A stretch of 64,000 bases of DNA, from the NCBI GenBank assembly GCA_040753615.1, contig JBFMDO010000043.1, forward strand, positions 12,607 through 76,606, in the 5' to 3' direction. Both the position numbers and the translations under genes were made by a program. This DNA comes from Nitrospirota bacterium (GTDB lineage Bacteria; Nitrospirota; Thermodesulfovibrionia; Thermodesulfovibrionales; SM23-35). The notes under the pieces were generated by a model that was not told the origin of the DNA, made no database searches, and saw only the letters and a list, made by a program, of their open reading frames with translations. Below, one piece after another: positions 10,689 to 20,035 of this stretch (within the stretch, counting starts at the first letter, position 1; every line of letters begins with the position of its first letter).

Positions 10689-10704
10689 TGCAATTTATAT
10701 GCCA
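10689..10704 (-). promoter_or_regulatory. Sigma54 (-24/-12) promoter of the diguanylate cyclase
   Basis: Minus strand TGGCAT-ATAAA-TTGCA. Confidence 0.75.
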
Positions 10705-10879
10705 GATTAATGGTTTTTATCATCTTTATCAAGAAGAGCGAGAAAAGCCGATGTGTCAATAAAAATTACATTTATGATTACATGATAACAAAAGGGGCGA
10801 GCTATATCACTTTTGCTACTTTAGTGATAATGTGTATAATTCGAGAGAAAAGAACCATTGTATTTTATTCAGTTTGCTT

Positions 10880-11359
10880 TCAAAGATTGTTCTTAAGAGA
10901 GTCAATAAACTTCAAGAATTTCCCTATCTCTGCTTTAAACATACCCAAAACTTCCTTGAGCATTATCCCGAGCGTCTTACACCTCTCCCACTTAAGCTCA
11001 AATCCATAGATATTTCTAAATAGGTGTCGGAACCTTAAGTACTCGGCAAGGCGGTCTTTTAGCCCCTCACTTATAACATTTGGTCTAATGTCATCCAAAG
11101 GAATAGACATCCTTATCAAAAGTTCTGTGTGCCAATCTTCGCCTGATGGTACATCTCTATCAACCCTGAATGCAATACGCCTGAATATCTTCTCTATCCC
11201 TGAATAAAGATCATGGAGGATGCTGCCTGCTGCCCTTGTTTCAAGAAAAGATGGATCGGTACAATGTAATACCTCAGCCATTTCATGTTCCAGCCTTTCA
11301 AGGTCTCTCAATTCTTTCTCTATTTCCTTTTTAAGAACGAGCAGGCTGTTTTTTGTCAT
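10880..11359 (-). CDS. HEPN domain toxin (HepT-like)
   Basis: LHDLYSGIE, L.EY.RFRHLFRNIY HEPN-type motif; paired with MNT. Confidence 0.85.
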   Translation of the reverse strand: MTKNSLLVLKKEIEKELRDLERLEHEMAEVLHCTDPSFLETRAAGSILHDLYSGIEKIFRRIAFRVDRDVPSGEDWHTELLIRMSIPLDDIRPNVISEGLKDRLAEYLRFRHLFRNIYGFELKWERCKTLGIMLKEVLGMFKAEIGKFLKFIDSLKNNL

Positions 11360-11705
11360 AGAGAATAATTCCTTCTGTAAAAATTTTCGACCTTAAATGT
11401 TCATCTGCATCTTCCATTGGGATAAGATCAACCTCTACCCCTTTTGGAAAAAGTTCCCAGATAAGACTTAATGCCCTAAAGTATTTTTCTGATTTCAAGC
11501 CTGATACAGCAATGTCAACATCAGAATATTCAGTAAAATCATCTTCGCTTATAAGCGAACCAATAAGATAAACCTGCTCTGCCCCGAATTCTTCAACAAG
11601 GACATTTGCTGCCTTTTCAGCAGCCTCTCTTGCCGTTTGAAAAAGCTTGAGCCTCTTCTCCTTATCCGCAGCTAAGCGAGCCTTCCATGCATTTACATAA
11701 TCCAT
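11331..11705 (-). CDS. Minimal nucleotidyltransferase antitoxin (MntA-like)
   Basis: YLIGSL...SDVDIAV, VDLI. Confidence 0.88.
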   Translation of the reverse strand: MDYVNAWKARLAADKEKRLKLFQTAREAAEKAANVLVEEFGAEQVYLIGSLISEDDFTEYSDVDIAVSGLKSEKYFRALSLIWELFPKGVEVDLIPMEDADEHLRSKIFTEGIILYDKKQPARS

Positions 11706-11913
11706 ATGCTTAGTATATAGGGGTGAATAAAGGCAGTCAATACTTTTAGCAATTTTTACGCCACGATTAGCCCCTTAACCCAAAAAATAGCAGGATGATT
11801 ATGCAGAAGTTATTTGAGTTACAATAGAAATAAAGAACCGTCAGGTCGTACCCTATTTTCTCTTCCATTTCATACAACAGTTGTCATCTATAAGAGCGGT
11901 AATCTAATGAGTT

Positions 11914-12177
11914 TCAGGCAATCTTTCTCGACTCTTTTACAAGATGATCTTTAATCCACATTCTAAGAAGCGATGTATAACTAAGGCCTTTTTGATCAGC
12001 TATTTGCACGACTGATTTAATATCTTCGGGGTCAAGCCTGATTGTTATGGATTTCTTAGGTTTTTTCACAAACCGTATCTTAGCTGTTTCTGTATCCTCA
12101 TGATAATCCTCAAAACTGTGTTTAGCCCAGAACTCTGCAGCTTCTTTATCCGTCTTGAATACCGGTATCTTTTTCAT
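11914..12177 (-). CDS. CopG/BrnA-like antitoxin (orphan)
   Basis: IP.FKTDKEAAEFW..H, ITIRL, GLSYTSLLRMWI RHH domain. Confidence 0.8.
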   Translation of the reverse strand: MKKIPVFKTDKEAAEFWAKHSFEDYHEDTETAKIRFVKKPKKSITIRLDPEDIKSVVQIADQKGLSYTSLLRMWIKDHLVKESRKIA

Positions 12178-12271
12178 ATTATTTTCTTAAACATCTGCCT
12201 TTTTCAATCTAATGAAGTTATAAAACTCTCTTTGGTGTTGGTAACATTCAACAGGCTGTCAAATTTCCCCC

Positions 12272-13702
12272 TCAAAATGTACTTCTGGTTGTAGGCGCAT
12301 TATCAATGCCGCTATTTACGACTGAGCCATGATAATGGCAACAATTGCAATCAATGGTGGCCGCATCCCTGTTGCTACAGGAAGCACTACCACCACCTGA
12401 CGTAGAAGCGTGGCACCCGCCGCACATACCTAAGTCATATGGGTTATCAGGACTTTCATGGTGTATATAGCACCATTCATTTGCGCTTCCAACTCCTGCA
12501 TCAGCATCATCCTTATGACATCTGTTACAGAGATATCCCAGATATTTATTACCTGCTGCATAAGTTGGCGTACAATCTACAGGCGTTAGTGTAGAAATAG
12601 TAGAAAGTGTTCCACCATTTACTTCTTCTCTTATCAGCATCAGATTCGGTGCGCCATGTGGCTCATGGCAGTCTGTACATGCAAGAACATATTGACCAAG
12701 ATATGTATTTGAATACGGATTATCTACGCTTATAGCACCATCAGCACCTATCTTTCCATGCTTATCACCGATAGCCCAGTCAATTGGGGTATTATCGAGA
12801 CCATAATCATAAGGGACATTACCCATATCTGTTACATGACAGTCCTGACAGAATGTAACATAATCAGTTAGATTTGACCCATCCTGATACGTTGAGCCAT
12901 CAGGTTCGTATGTTGCACCCCCAACACGGTATGGAGCTTGATATTTCAGAGCGCCTACATAATTACTCATCCTTTCAGTAGAAGCGCCATAAGGAGAGTC
13001 ATCTGAAATGTTATCCCCCCATAAACCCCACTCATTATTATCCTTGCTATGCTGGCTTGGACGTGAAACAGGCCAGCCTCTTGTAGTTGAACTCTTTGGA
13101 CTACTTCCATAAACAGAAGATTCTGCTGGATCTCCTTGTGTCCTATGGGGATTGTGGCAGCCGCAACAGGGGTTATTCGCATCAGTAATATATCCCCACT
13201 TGCCATTAAGGAACGTTTCAATAGTATCAAGGTTATGAGACGAGCCTGGTGAAACAAATGAAAATGACTCCAGAATGTCATTCTCGCTGCAGGTAGCAGC
13301 AGGACATGCGCCTGCCCGAAAACTATAATTACGGTTGATGATTCCAGAAGTTTGATAAGAAGACGTGTCAGTATGGCATTTGTAACAGAAGTTGTCTGTT
13401 TGGCTTACATGATTGGTATAAAATAAGGCATATATTGAAGGAGCGCCGCCGGCAGGCGCTGGTTCAGAGCCTCCGATCATTGCATGCTGCTCATGGCAGT
13501 GGGCGCAGTTGCCTATTGAATAGCCAAAGGAAGAAAGGCTTGAACGGTTAACGCCGTAATCACTTCTTCCATGCGCAGAAATGCTATACATAGGCACAGC
13601 AGGTGGATCAGGCAGAAGAGTATACACATTTTTTATTCCAACTGTAAAAGAAAACAATACTATAAAAAAAATCAGAAACTTATACCATCTTTTAAAAGAC
13701 AT
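12272..13702 (-). CDS. Secreted octaheme c-type cytochrome
   Basis: Signal peptide; 8 CxxCH (CAHCH, CYKCH, CCGCH, CQDCH, CTDCH, CNRCH, CGGCH, CNCCH); Ser/Gly/Asp-rich. Confidence 0.9.
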   Translation of the reverse strand: MSFKRWYKFLIFFIVLFSFTVGIKNVYTLLPDPPAVPMYSISAHGRSDYGVNRSSLSSFGYSIGNCAHCHEQHAMIGGSEPAPAGGAPSIYALFYTNHVSQTDNFCYKCHTDTSSYQTSGIINRNYSFRAGACPAATCSENDILESFSFVSPGSSHNLDTIETFLNGKWGYITDANNPCCGCHNPHRTQGDPAESSVYGSSPKSSTTRGWPVSRPSQHSKDNNEWGLWGDNISDDSPYGASTERMSNYVGALKYQAPYRVGGATYEPDGSTYQDGSNLTDYVTFCQDCHVTDMGNVPYDYGLDNTPIDWAIGDKHGKIGADGAISVDNPYSNTYLGQYVLACTDCHEPHGAPNLMLIREEVNGGTLSTISTLTPVDCTPTYAAGNKYLGYLCNRCHKDDADAGVGSANEWCYIHHESPDNPYDLGMCGGCHASTSGGGSASCSNRDAATIDCNCCHYHGSVVNSGIDNAPTTRSTF

Positions 13703-14730
13703 TATTTACCCCTTTTAACAGTGACTTCTATCTCATTGGAATATCTGCTCTCTCCGCCTGACTCATTTACAGCAGTGACTACATAATAATATGTTTTACC
13801 TTTATTTGTTTGTTCATCTGCAAATTTATGCTCAGAGATTAGAAAATCATTTATCCGCTGATAGGCTCCGCCAGGCACAGCGCTTCGATAAACATTATAT
13901 CCTGCAAGGTCAAGTTCATGATTCTTCTTCCAGTGCAGCAATACTGAATTTCTTTTGATAACTTCTGCTTTTAAATCTTGTGGAGGCGATGGTCTTTCAA
14001 TGCTCTGCGAAATCTTTACCATAAACTTTCTTGGATAATTATTATTAAGAAAAATAAATGATGAGGTGGTATGCATATCAATTTCTCCTCCACCTCCATC
14101 TACATCGCCTAACACTGCTTCTTTGTCAGGTATGATATTTCTCAGATCAGACCATTGAATAGTCAGATAGCCGGATATATTAGACGCAACCTCAAATGTC
14201 CATTCCTTTGGTAAATCAGGCGATTTTATATCCTGCCTGAATCTATCGAATACATGATTCCACTCGGGATGCGGAAAATAAGTATTAATATAAGCAGTAT
14301 TAAGACTGGCTGGTGGAGATGGGATATCCCATAAATTATCAAACCCATCAGTGGCGTCAGCCTTTACTCCTGCTATACAATAATCATAAATTCCACCACC
14401 TGATACCTTCAGGGTTATATTCCAGTCAGAACCTGCATAGGCAGGAGCCAGGGAAATTATTGAGATTAACATAATTACTAATAAGTTCATAAGTAAAACG
14501 ACACCTCCGTGGCGATTTCTGTCATTGCGGCTTGTCCGCAATCCTTCTTCACACACCCCTATCCCCTCTCGAGAGGGGAATAAGGGGTGTGTTGACTCTC
14601 GAGATGGGAATAAGGGGTGTGTGTCCCTCTCAAGATGGGACAGGATTCCCGACAAGCGGGAATGACAACAGACGAGTGACATTACTTTTAAACTTATAAT
14701 TAAGAGAAGTCGATATATCCTTATAAGCAT
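13702..14730 (-). CDS. Secreted fibronectin type III protein with a 75-codon MITE in its signal peptide
   Basis: AAGGAG RBS before ATG 14730; FN3 (L.W...DLAGYNVYR...YYYVVTAVN.SG.ES..S). Confidence 0.85.
   Translation of the reverse strand: MLIRIYRLLLIISLKVMSLVCCHSRLSGILSHLERDTHPLFPSRESTHPLFPSREGIGVCEEGLRTSRNDRNRHGGVVLLMNLLVIMLISIISLAPAYAGSDWNITLKVSGGGIYDYCIAGVKADATDGFDNLWDIPSPPASLNTAYINTYFPHPEWNHVFDRFRQDIKSPDLPKEWTFEVASNISGYLTIQWSDLRNIIPDKEAVLGDVDGGGGEIDMHTTSSFIFLNNNYPRKFMVKISQSIERPSPPQDLKAEVIKRNSVLLHWKKNHELDLAGYNVYRSAVPGGAYQRINDFLISEHKFADEQTNKGKTYYYVVTAVNESGGESRYSNEIEVTVKRGK
14478..14702. mobile_element. 225-bp MITE with nested REP-like palindromes, in-frame insertion
   Basis: ATAATTA direct repeat at 14471-14477 and 14696-14702; imperfect TIRs ATAAGTTcAtAAGTAA / TTACTTttAAACTTAT; internal GTCATT..GGAATGAC and CCCCTCTCGAGAGGGG hairpins. 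Confidence 0.85.
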
Positions 14731-14748
14731 ATCTGCTCTCCTTTTTAA

Positions 14749-16827
14749 TTAAGGTTTATAAAGTATCAGATAGAGGTCATAGTAAGCAAATATCCAGTAA
14801 CCCTTCCATGGCTCTAACTGAGCAACATCCCATTGAATAGAGTCATAGGTACTGCCATTCCATATATAAAGCGCATTTCCTATCCACTCTGAGACTACAG
14901 CATTCGCATATGTCTCTGGAGAGGTATATGTCACAGAACAGGAACTAAGGTTTACTGCTGTTCCATAAGGATTCCCGATCAAGTTCCAACCTGCCTTTAA
15001 AGAGAGGGTATATGATGAATCTGTGATTTCTGTGCCTGATGCATCAGAGGGATTATTTGTCCTCAGAGAATAAAGATAAAGACCAAATGCTGGACTAATA
15101 GTTGTGGCTTTTACATAATAACCTGCAGAACCAGGGTCGCCTGTTCCGGTCCATGTAGAATACCAGTAATGCATCCAGTTTAACCCTGCATCGTCTCCAA
15201 ATACAGCGCTGGCAGTATTAGGGCTTGGCTGTAATGGACATGAAACCATATTCCAGCCTGAGAGGAGACCTGTCTTTCCATTTGGGCTGGTCGTGGAAAG
15301 TTCAGATGTATTTAAGGCTTCATCTGATGACTTTATAGAAAAATAATATGTGGTGTTTGACTCCAGACCTGTTACAGTAAAATATTCTGTAGTTCCTGCA
15401 GTAGCAGGAGCAGGCTCTCCTGTTGCTTGCGTGGCTGAAGAAAATTGACCATCTGTTGTGATTGGTGATTTAGAATATCTTACATCATAACTTGACGCCT
15501 GTCCTATACCTCCATCATCGCCAGTCGCTGTCCATGTTAATTGTACAGAATTAGATCCCACTACTCCTGTTGTCGAGAGATTGGTTATAGCAGAAGGAGG
15601 GGTAGAATCACTCGATACAATAATATCAGGACCAGCAGTGTAATTATCATATGCGTATCTCTTGATTCTTTGATTATTATAATCAGCAACATATAAATAT
15701 TGCTGTCCGCTAAAAGGAGCAACAAAGATACCAAGGCTTACACTATTGGAATTAAACTGATAGTTGCCTGTGCCTGAACTTGTTCCACCAACAGTCATCA
15801 CCCAATTATTATTGGAATCAAACTGCTGAATGCGGTGATTCCCGCGGTCACTCACACAATAATATCCATTATTGTCAATAGACACTTGATAAGGACCATT
15901 AAATTGTCCATCTCCTGTGCCTCCTGAGCTAAGGATAGTAGTAAAACTTGAGCCTCCGTCAATAGATTTATACACCTTATTAGCTCCCCTATCAGCTACT
16001 AAGACAATATTGCTATTATAGGGATCAACTGCAACACCTGTAAGCGAAGTTGCGCCTGTAGGCTGAACACCGCTACTCCAATTGGCTCCTAAAGCTGTAG
16101 ACTTATAAACCTTGTTATAGCCTGTATCTACTGCATAAAGAATAGTTCCATCACTACTACAAGCTATATCCCGAGCATTAGGGTCTACCATCATTCCTGA
16201 CCACAATGAGTTATAACCCCAATTGCTTCCACCATCTGTTGAGTAGTAGAGCCTGTCATTGCTGTTGTCCAGAACGTATATTTTCTGTCCATCATTGCTT
16301 ATTGCTATCCCATATGCAACTCCGCCAGTATATGCTGTGACATCTGACCAGTTGTCTCCTCCATCAATGGACTTGTAAAGATTACCATTCGAGGCAGTCA
16401 TCCATAAAATATTGCTGTCAGATGGGTTAACAGCAATGTCATAAGGGTAATAAGCTATTGAGGAAGAGATTATCCATGCTATATCATCAATACGAAATGG
16501 GTAGGTAGCTTCTGGCACCATCGTGTTTGAATCATCCCTGCCGTTCCATATTTCGGAATTACTACCACTTGTTCTGTTTGCAGTATAGTAATTAGTTGGA
16601 AGCACCAATTTACGCTTTAAATTATCAGATAAATCATATATCCTTAGCCAGAGAATAGAAGAGTTCGCCAGATCATATGATATTGTGGTGGTTTCAGTAT
16701 CAGGATTAAAAGGATTAGGACTCACGGATACCCCGGAAACATTACCTGCCTCTCCTCTCACAAACATGGAGAGGATGAAACAAATACAGAAGAAAGCAAT
16801 TATTGGAAACTTATAAAACCTTTTCAT
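14749..16827 (-). CDS. Secreted FlgD-Ig / BNR-NHL beta-propeller / FN3 surface protein
   Basis: SPNPFNP..WNGRD FlgD-like domain; SxDGGxxW Asp-boxes; NHL repeats; FN3; C-terminal GWNMVS/GWNLIGNPY. Confidence 0.85.
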   Translation of the reverse strand: MKRFYKFPIIAFFCICFILSMFVRGEAGNVSGVSVSPNPFNPDTETTTISYDLANSSILWLRIYDLSDNLKRKLVLPTNYYTANRTSGSNSEIWNGRDDSNTMVPEATYPFRIDDIAWIISSSIAYYPYDIAVNPSDSNILWMTASNGNLYKSIDGGDNWSDVTAYTGGVAYGIAISNDGQKIYVLDNSNDRLYYSTDGGSNWGYNSLWSGMMVDPNARDIACSSDGTILYAVDTGYNKVYKSTALGANWSSGVQPTGATSLTGVAVDPYNSNIVLVADRGANKVYKSIDGGSSFTTILSSGGTGDGQFNGPYQVSIDNNGYYCVSDRGNHRIQQFDSNNNWVMTVGGTSSGTGNYQFNSNSVSLGIFVAPFSGQQYLYVADYNNQRIKRYAYDNYTAGPDIIVSSDSTPPSAITNLSTTGVVGSNSVQLTWTATGDDGGIGQASSYDVRYSKSPITTDGQFSSATQATGEPAPATAGTTEYFTVTGLESNTTYYFSIKSSDEALNTSELSTTSPNGKTGLLSGWNMVSCPLQPSPNTASAVFGDDAGLNWMHYWYSTWTGTGDPGSAGYYVKATTISPAFGLYLYSLRTNNPSDASGTEITDSSYTLSLKAGWNLIGNPYGTAVNLSSCSVTYTSPETYANAVVSEWIGNALYIWNGSTYDSIQWDVAQLEPWKGYWIFAYYDLYLILYKP

Positions 16828-16851
16828 AGTCCCCCCTCTCTTTACTATTTG

Positions 16852-18042
16852 CTATTGCTTTGACGTATGACACATAGCGCAATAATTATCACCTGTTCCT
16901 GGCCAGCCCTTATAGTCCCACCTCATCATCTTAAAATATGGTGATGCATGCGCCTTGTGGCATGAAAGACACATCACCATATCTGTGTTTAAATTAACTG
17001 CATTACTTGACCCTGTCCATCCAGTAAGATTTGGTCTTGCAACTGGAACCAAAGAATCATATGTTCCCACACCGCCGACTGCATTAAATGCTTTAGCATA
17101 TTCTCCAGAGTTTGGTATAACCAAATCTGAAGGATGTCTAATCCAAGGGCTTCCAGATGTTGCATCATCTTCTATATGGAAATTCCTGTGGCAACCAGTA
17201 CAGTATGCTGTCATAGTATTTCCTAAAGCTGAAAAACCTCCACCAGATGTCTTTGTACCGCTATAACCAAGATATTCATTATGATCTATACTGCTCTCTT
17301 GTTCCCAGTCATCATCCTCGATTCCGGTTACACCAAGCCCAGCACCACTCTGGTGGCCGTCCAGAAAACGATACCATCCTTCAGAAGCGCTATCTATTAG
17401 AGGTCCTGTATCATCTTTGTGATGATAACCCTTTGGTGTGCCTGGGTCTACTCCAACCATATGGCATTTAGTGCAGCCCTGCCGGGAGGAGACAAAGCCA
17501 AAATAGGGAGGACCTGTAGCTCCGTGTATATTCTCATGACAGGAATTAACACCACCGCAACTCCCTACTGTATCTCCAGGGGCTACAGTTAAAGTGCTCT
17601 CAGGGTTTGATAAGGCAAAAATATTATGTCCTTTAGTGTCTTCTGTCTGTACCCAATAGAAATTGCCTGCAGCCAGTCCTTGGTAAGTAGTTCCCCCATC
17701 TGAAGATGCTCCGTATTGAGGTGGAGATGTATTGAACACTATAGGCGCTTTTGTAACATTATCCTGCCATGTTATCCCATCTGTCTTTGAATGACAGCCT
17801 AAACAGGATGACTTGAGTAGATTATCTTTCGGTGATGTGTCTGTTTCACCTGGACCAAGGATTATCACAGGCTGACCGCCCTGGCTGTTGTGCATTGTAT
17901 GACAGTTGCTGCACGAACCTGTAACCTTTGCCTCCAGAGGCAGAGCAAAGAGCAAAGAGCAAAAAGTAAAGAGCAAAAAGTAAAAAACATATAGTAAAAA
18001 GTTTACACGGAGACTTGAGTTTATTAAGTTTTTTGGGTTCAT
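16852..18042 (-). CDS. OmcS-family multiheme cytochrome (6 CxxCH + 1 CX5CH)
   Basis: CSNCHTMHNSQGG, SSCLGCH, GNFYWV, KGHNI, RHPSD, CLSCHKAHAS, terminal CAMCH are OmcS-like motifs; plus CGGVNSCH and an extra CTKCH. Confidence 0.85.
   Translation of the reverse strand: MNPKNLINSSLRVNFLLYVFYFLLFTFCSLLFALPLEAKVTGSCSNCHTMHNSQGGQPVIILGPGETDTSPKDNLLKSSCLGCHSKTDGITWQDNVTKAPIVFNTSPPQYGASSDGGTTYQGLAAGNFYWVQTEDTKGHNIFALSNPESTLTVAPGDTVGSCGGVNSCHENIHGATGPPYFGFVSSRQGCTKCHMVGVDPGTPKGYHHKDDTGPLIDSASEGWYRFLDGHQSGAGLGVTGIEDDDWEQESSIDHNEYLGYSGTKTSGGGFSALGNTMTAYCTGCHRNFHIEDDATSGSPWIRHPSDLVIPNSGEYAKAFNAVGGVGTYDSLVPVARPNLTGWTGSSNAVNLNTDMVMCLSCHKAHASPYFKMMRWDYKGWPGTGDNYCAMCHTSKQ
17944..17985. repeat. Heptamer tandem repeat inside signal-peptide codons
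   Basis: agcaaag agcaaag agcaaaa agtaaag agcaaaa agtaaaa. Confidence 0.8.
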
Positions 18043-18055
18043 TCAGTTTTCAACC

Positions 18056-18197
18056 ATTTGTCATTAATTTAGTCATTTGTCATTTGTCATTAAAAAATGA
18101 CTATTGACTGATGACAATTGACTTTTTCTATTAAATTTTATGCAATAGCCATGCCATATTAGTCATTAGTCATTTTATTGACCAGTGACTCTTGACT
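18056..18197. repeat. Heptamer inverted arrays (GTCATTT/TGACTAT) flanking a sigma54 promoter
   Basis: gtcattt x3 ... tgactat tgactga tgacaat tgact; second array at 18157-18197. Confidence 0.75.
18141..18156 (-). promoter_or_regulatory. Sigma54 promoter for the 18042-12272 sub-operon
   Basis: Minus strand TGGCAT-GGCTA-TTGCA. Confidence 0.75.
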
Positions 18198-18599
18198 TAT
18201 ATCTACTAACCCCATTGTCTTAAAGTCTTCATCAAAGGCAAAATAATCCCTTATCTTCAGCTCTTTCATTAAAACGAAACTCGTGCAGTCTGTAAAAGAA
18301 AACTCCTTATCCGGGTGCTTTTTAAAAAAATTCCATGCCTTAAGCTTTAGCGATTCATCAAGCCAGAATATCTCAATTATTTTACTCGTTAATATAAATT
18401 CTCCTGCCACAACTGCAACATTATGGCTTACATTAGACATAATACCTGTAACGCATTCATCAAAAATATAGTCTGTTATTATCATCAGCGAATTTTCTTT
18501 TTTAATCTTCTCTAATATTATTTTTGCCTTCAAATGATTCTCATCTTTTTTGTAAAAAAGGGCTACAAAAGCACTTGTGTCAACAAAGATTTTTCTCAT
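18159..18599 (-). CDS. vapC: VapC/PIN domain toxin
   Basis: IFVDTSAF, DY..DE, SFTDC.SF, FAFDEDF. Confidence 0.9.
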   Translation of the reverse strand: MRKIFVDTSAFVALFYKKDENHLKAKIILEKIKKENSLMIITDYIFDECVTGIMSNVSHNVAVVAGEFILTSKIIEIFWLDESLKLKAWNFFKKHPDKEFSFTDCTSFVLMKELKIRDYFAFDEDFKTMGLVDISQESLVNKMTND

Positions 18600-18618
18600 T
18601 TTTTATCAGGCTTAAACT

Positions 18619-18802
18619 TGTCCAAAATAAGCACCTAAGTCCTTGATATTGTTGATTCTTTAAAACGAGATTCTTCGCTCCGCTCAGACCTGTCCTGAGC
18701 CAGGAGATTCTTCGGCTTCGCCTCAGAATGACATAAGGCGAAGGAATGACAAACACCCAGCCTGTCATGCTGAACGAAGTGAAGCATCTCTTATTTTGGA
18801 CA
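18619..18802. mobile_element. MITE between antitoxin and toxin
   Basis: 13-bp TIR TGTCCAAAATAAG / CTTATTTTGGACA; internal GAGATTCTTCG..CTCAGAATGAC REP-like units; near-duplicated flanks atcaggcttaaactt / atcagacttgaactt. Confidence 0.78.
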
Positions 18803-19066
18803 CTACTGATCAGACTTGAACTTCTTTCTCCCATAAATATAAGCATCATGATTTTCTGACATATCAGTAACATCACTCTCAATAAAACCCACGGCTTTAA
18901 AAAATGGATCATTCTCCCAGTCAATTTCCCTATCTTCAACATATTTATCTACAGCCTCTCTTATAACTGCTGCAGCAGACTTAGACTCAAGTCGAGCCTT
19001 TTTTATTATCTTCTGATATGTAGACTCGGGAAAATATACCTGAGTCCTTTTTTCTGATACCTTCAT
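18803..19066 (-). CDS. CopG/RHH antitoxin
   Basis: KRTQVYF, S.AAVIREAVD.Y, D.SENHD.YIYG; upstream of PIN toxin. Confidence 0.85.
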   Translation of the reverse strand: MKVSEKRTQVYFPESTYQKIIKKARLESKSAAAVIREAVDKYVEDREIDWENDPFFKAVGFIESDVTDMSENHDAYIYGRKKFKSDQ

Positions 19067-19084
19067 ATCTATACCCCCATATTT

Positions 19085-19107
19085 ATGCTGTATACATTAT
19101 ACAGCAT
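19085..19107. promoter_or_regulatory. Palindromic operator of the TA operon
   Basis: ATGCTGTATA-cat-TATACAGCAT just upstream of the antitoxin start. Confidence 0.65.
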
Positions 19108-19213
19108 GAGGCTTACTTTTTTCAATGCCATCTGGTCTTAGTTCAGTCAAGCCTTATAGCAGTCTTAAGGATTTCCACCGAGTCCATTTGGGTGCCTTGT
19201 AGGAATATAGCGT

Positions 19214-19271
19214 AATTAACTACAAAATCAGCGGGGCGGTTTACCGCATCCGCTGGATTGGTTTGATATCT
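19214..19271 (+). other. Degenerate attC-like (59-be) site
   Basis: AATTAAC-5nt-AATCAGCGG...CCGCTGGATT-5nt-GATATCT; 58 bp, extrahelical G in the L' arm, GTT core mutated to GAT. Confidence 0.45.
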
Positions 19272-19638
19272 GGCTATTTTCAGTAAGATTGAGCCACATT
19301 TCTTGAAAAACATCGTCCAGTTTTTTGTCGATCGTCCATATTGGAACTCCTGTTAGTAATGCAGCAGCAAGTAAGTGGACATCTATGTAGCCTAATCCCT
19401 TTCCCAGTAGTCGGTTATTTTCTATAAATTTCATAACTTCATCATGTTCTGCTTGGATCGACATTGGAAGTGCTTGAAGTAAAGAAAGTATTTCATCTCT
19501 ATTATTAAGGTTCCCACAAGCCAATTCCCCAACGATAAATGGATGACAAACAACATCTCCATCATTCAATAGTTTCTCCAACGCGGTATTGCCTTCTCGC
19601 AAATGGGATACCCATACTGAAGTGTCAACAAGAACCAT
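19228..19638 (-). CDS. vapC: VapC/PIN domain toxin
   Basis: MVLVDTSVWV, HPFIVGELACG, GLGYIDVHLLA, WTIDKKL. Confidence 0.92.
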   Translation of the reverse strand: MVLVDTSVWVSHLREGNTALEKLLNDGDVVCHPFIVGELACGNLNNRDEILSLLQALPMSIQAEHDEVMKFIENNRLLGKGLGYIDVHLLAAALLTGVPIWTIDKKLDDVFQEMWLNLTENSQISNQSSGCGKPPR

Positions 19639-19639
19639 T

Positions 19640-19837
19640 CTATTCGCTTCCTATTCTTCTACGTGGTATCATTCTCAACTTTTTTTCGGTACCTCCCAAT
19701 CTGGCAAGTCTCTTACTGCTTTCCCTTACAATCAAGGCTTCCAAACCAAGCTTTACCAAAGAAGTTTTCTCTTTGATGCCAGTCAATTTTGAAGCCTTAT
19801 TAAGCAATTTGTCTTCTAAATTTAAAGTCGTCCTCAT
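19640..19837 (-). CDS. vapB: VapB antitoxin
   Basis: MRTTLNLED.LL..A..LTGIKEKT.LV..GL.ALI. Confidence 0.9.
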   Translation of the reverse strand: MRTTLNLEDKLLNKASKLTGIKEKTSLVKLGLEALIVRESSKRLARLGGTEKKLRMIPRRRIGSE

Positions 19838-20035
19838 AACATTCTCCTTTGATTATATGCAATTTTATATGTATAAGTATGTATCTTTAATACATATTTG
19901 TCAAGAAATTTTTTTGAATTGATTTTTTTGACTGGTAAACATAGTTTATGAATAATATAGATTAGGAATGCCTAACAACTATGTAATCAGGTATATAAAA
20001 TAGGTAATTTAGTAAATACTTATATATAAGTCAGG

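Noticed and set aside
10710-11023. Short plus-strand ORFs
   Set aside because: Antisense to the HEPN gene or in AT-rich promoter DNA; no motifs
18580-18942. 120-aa minus-strand ORF
   Set aside because: Alternate frame through the antitoxin and MITE (VILRRSRRIS is a typical REP translation)
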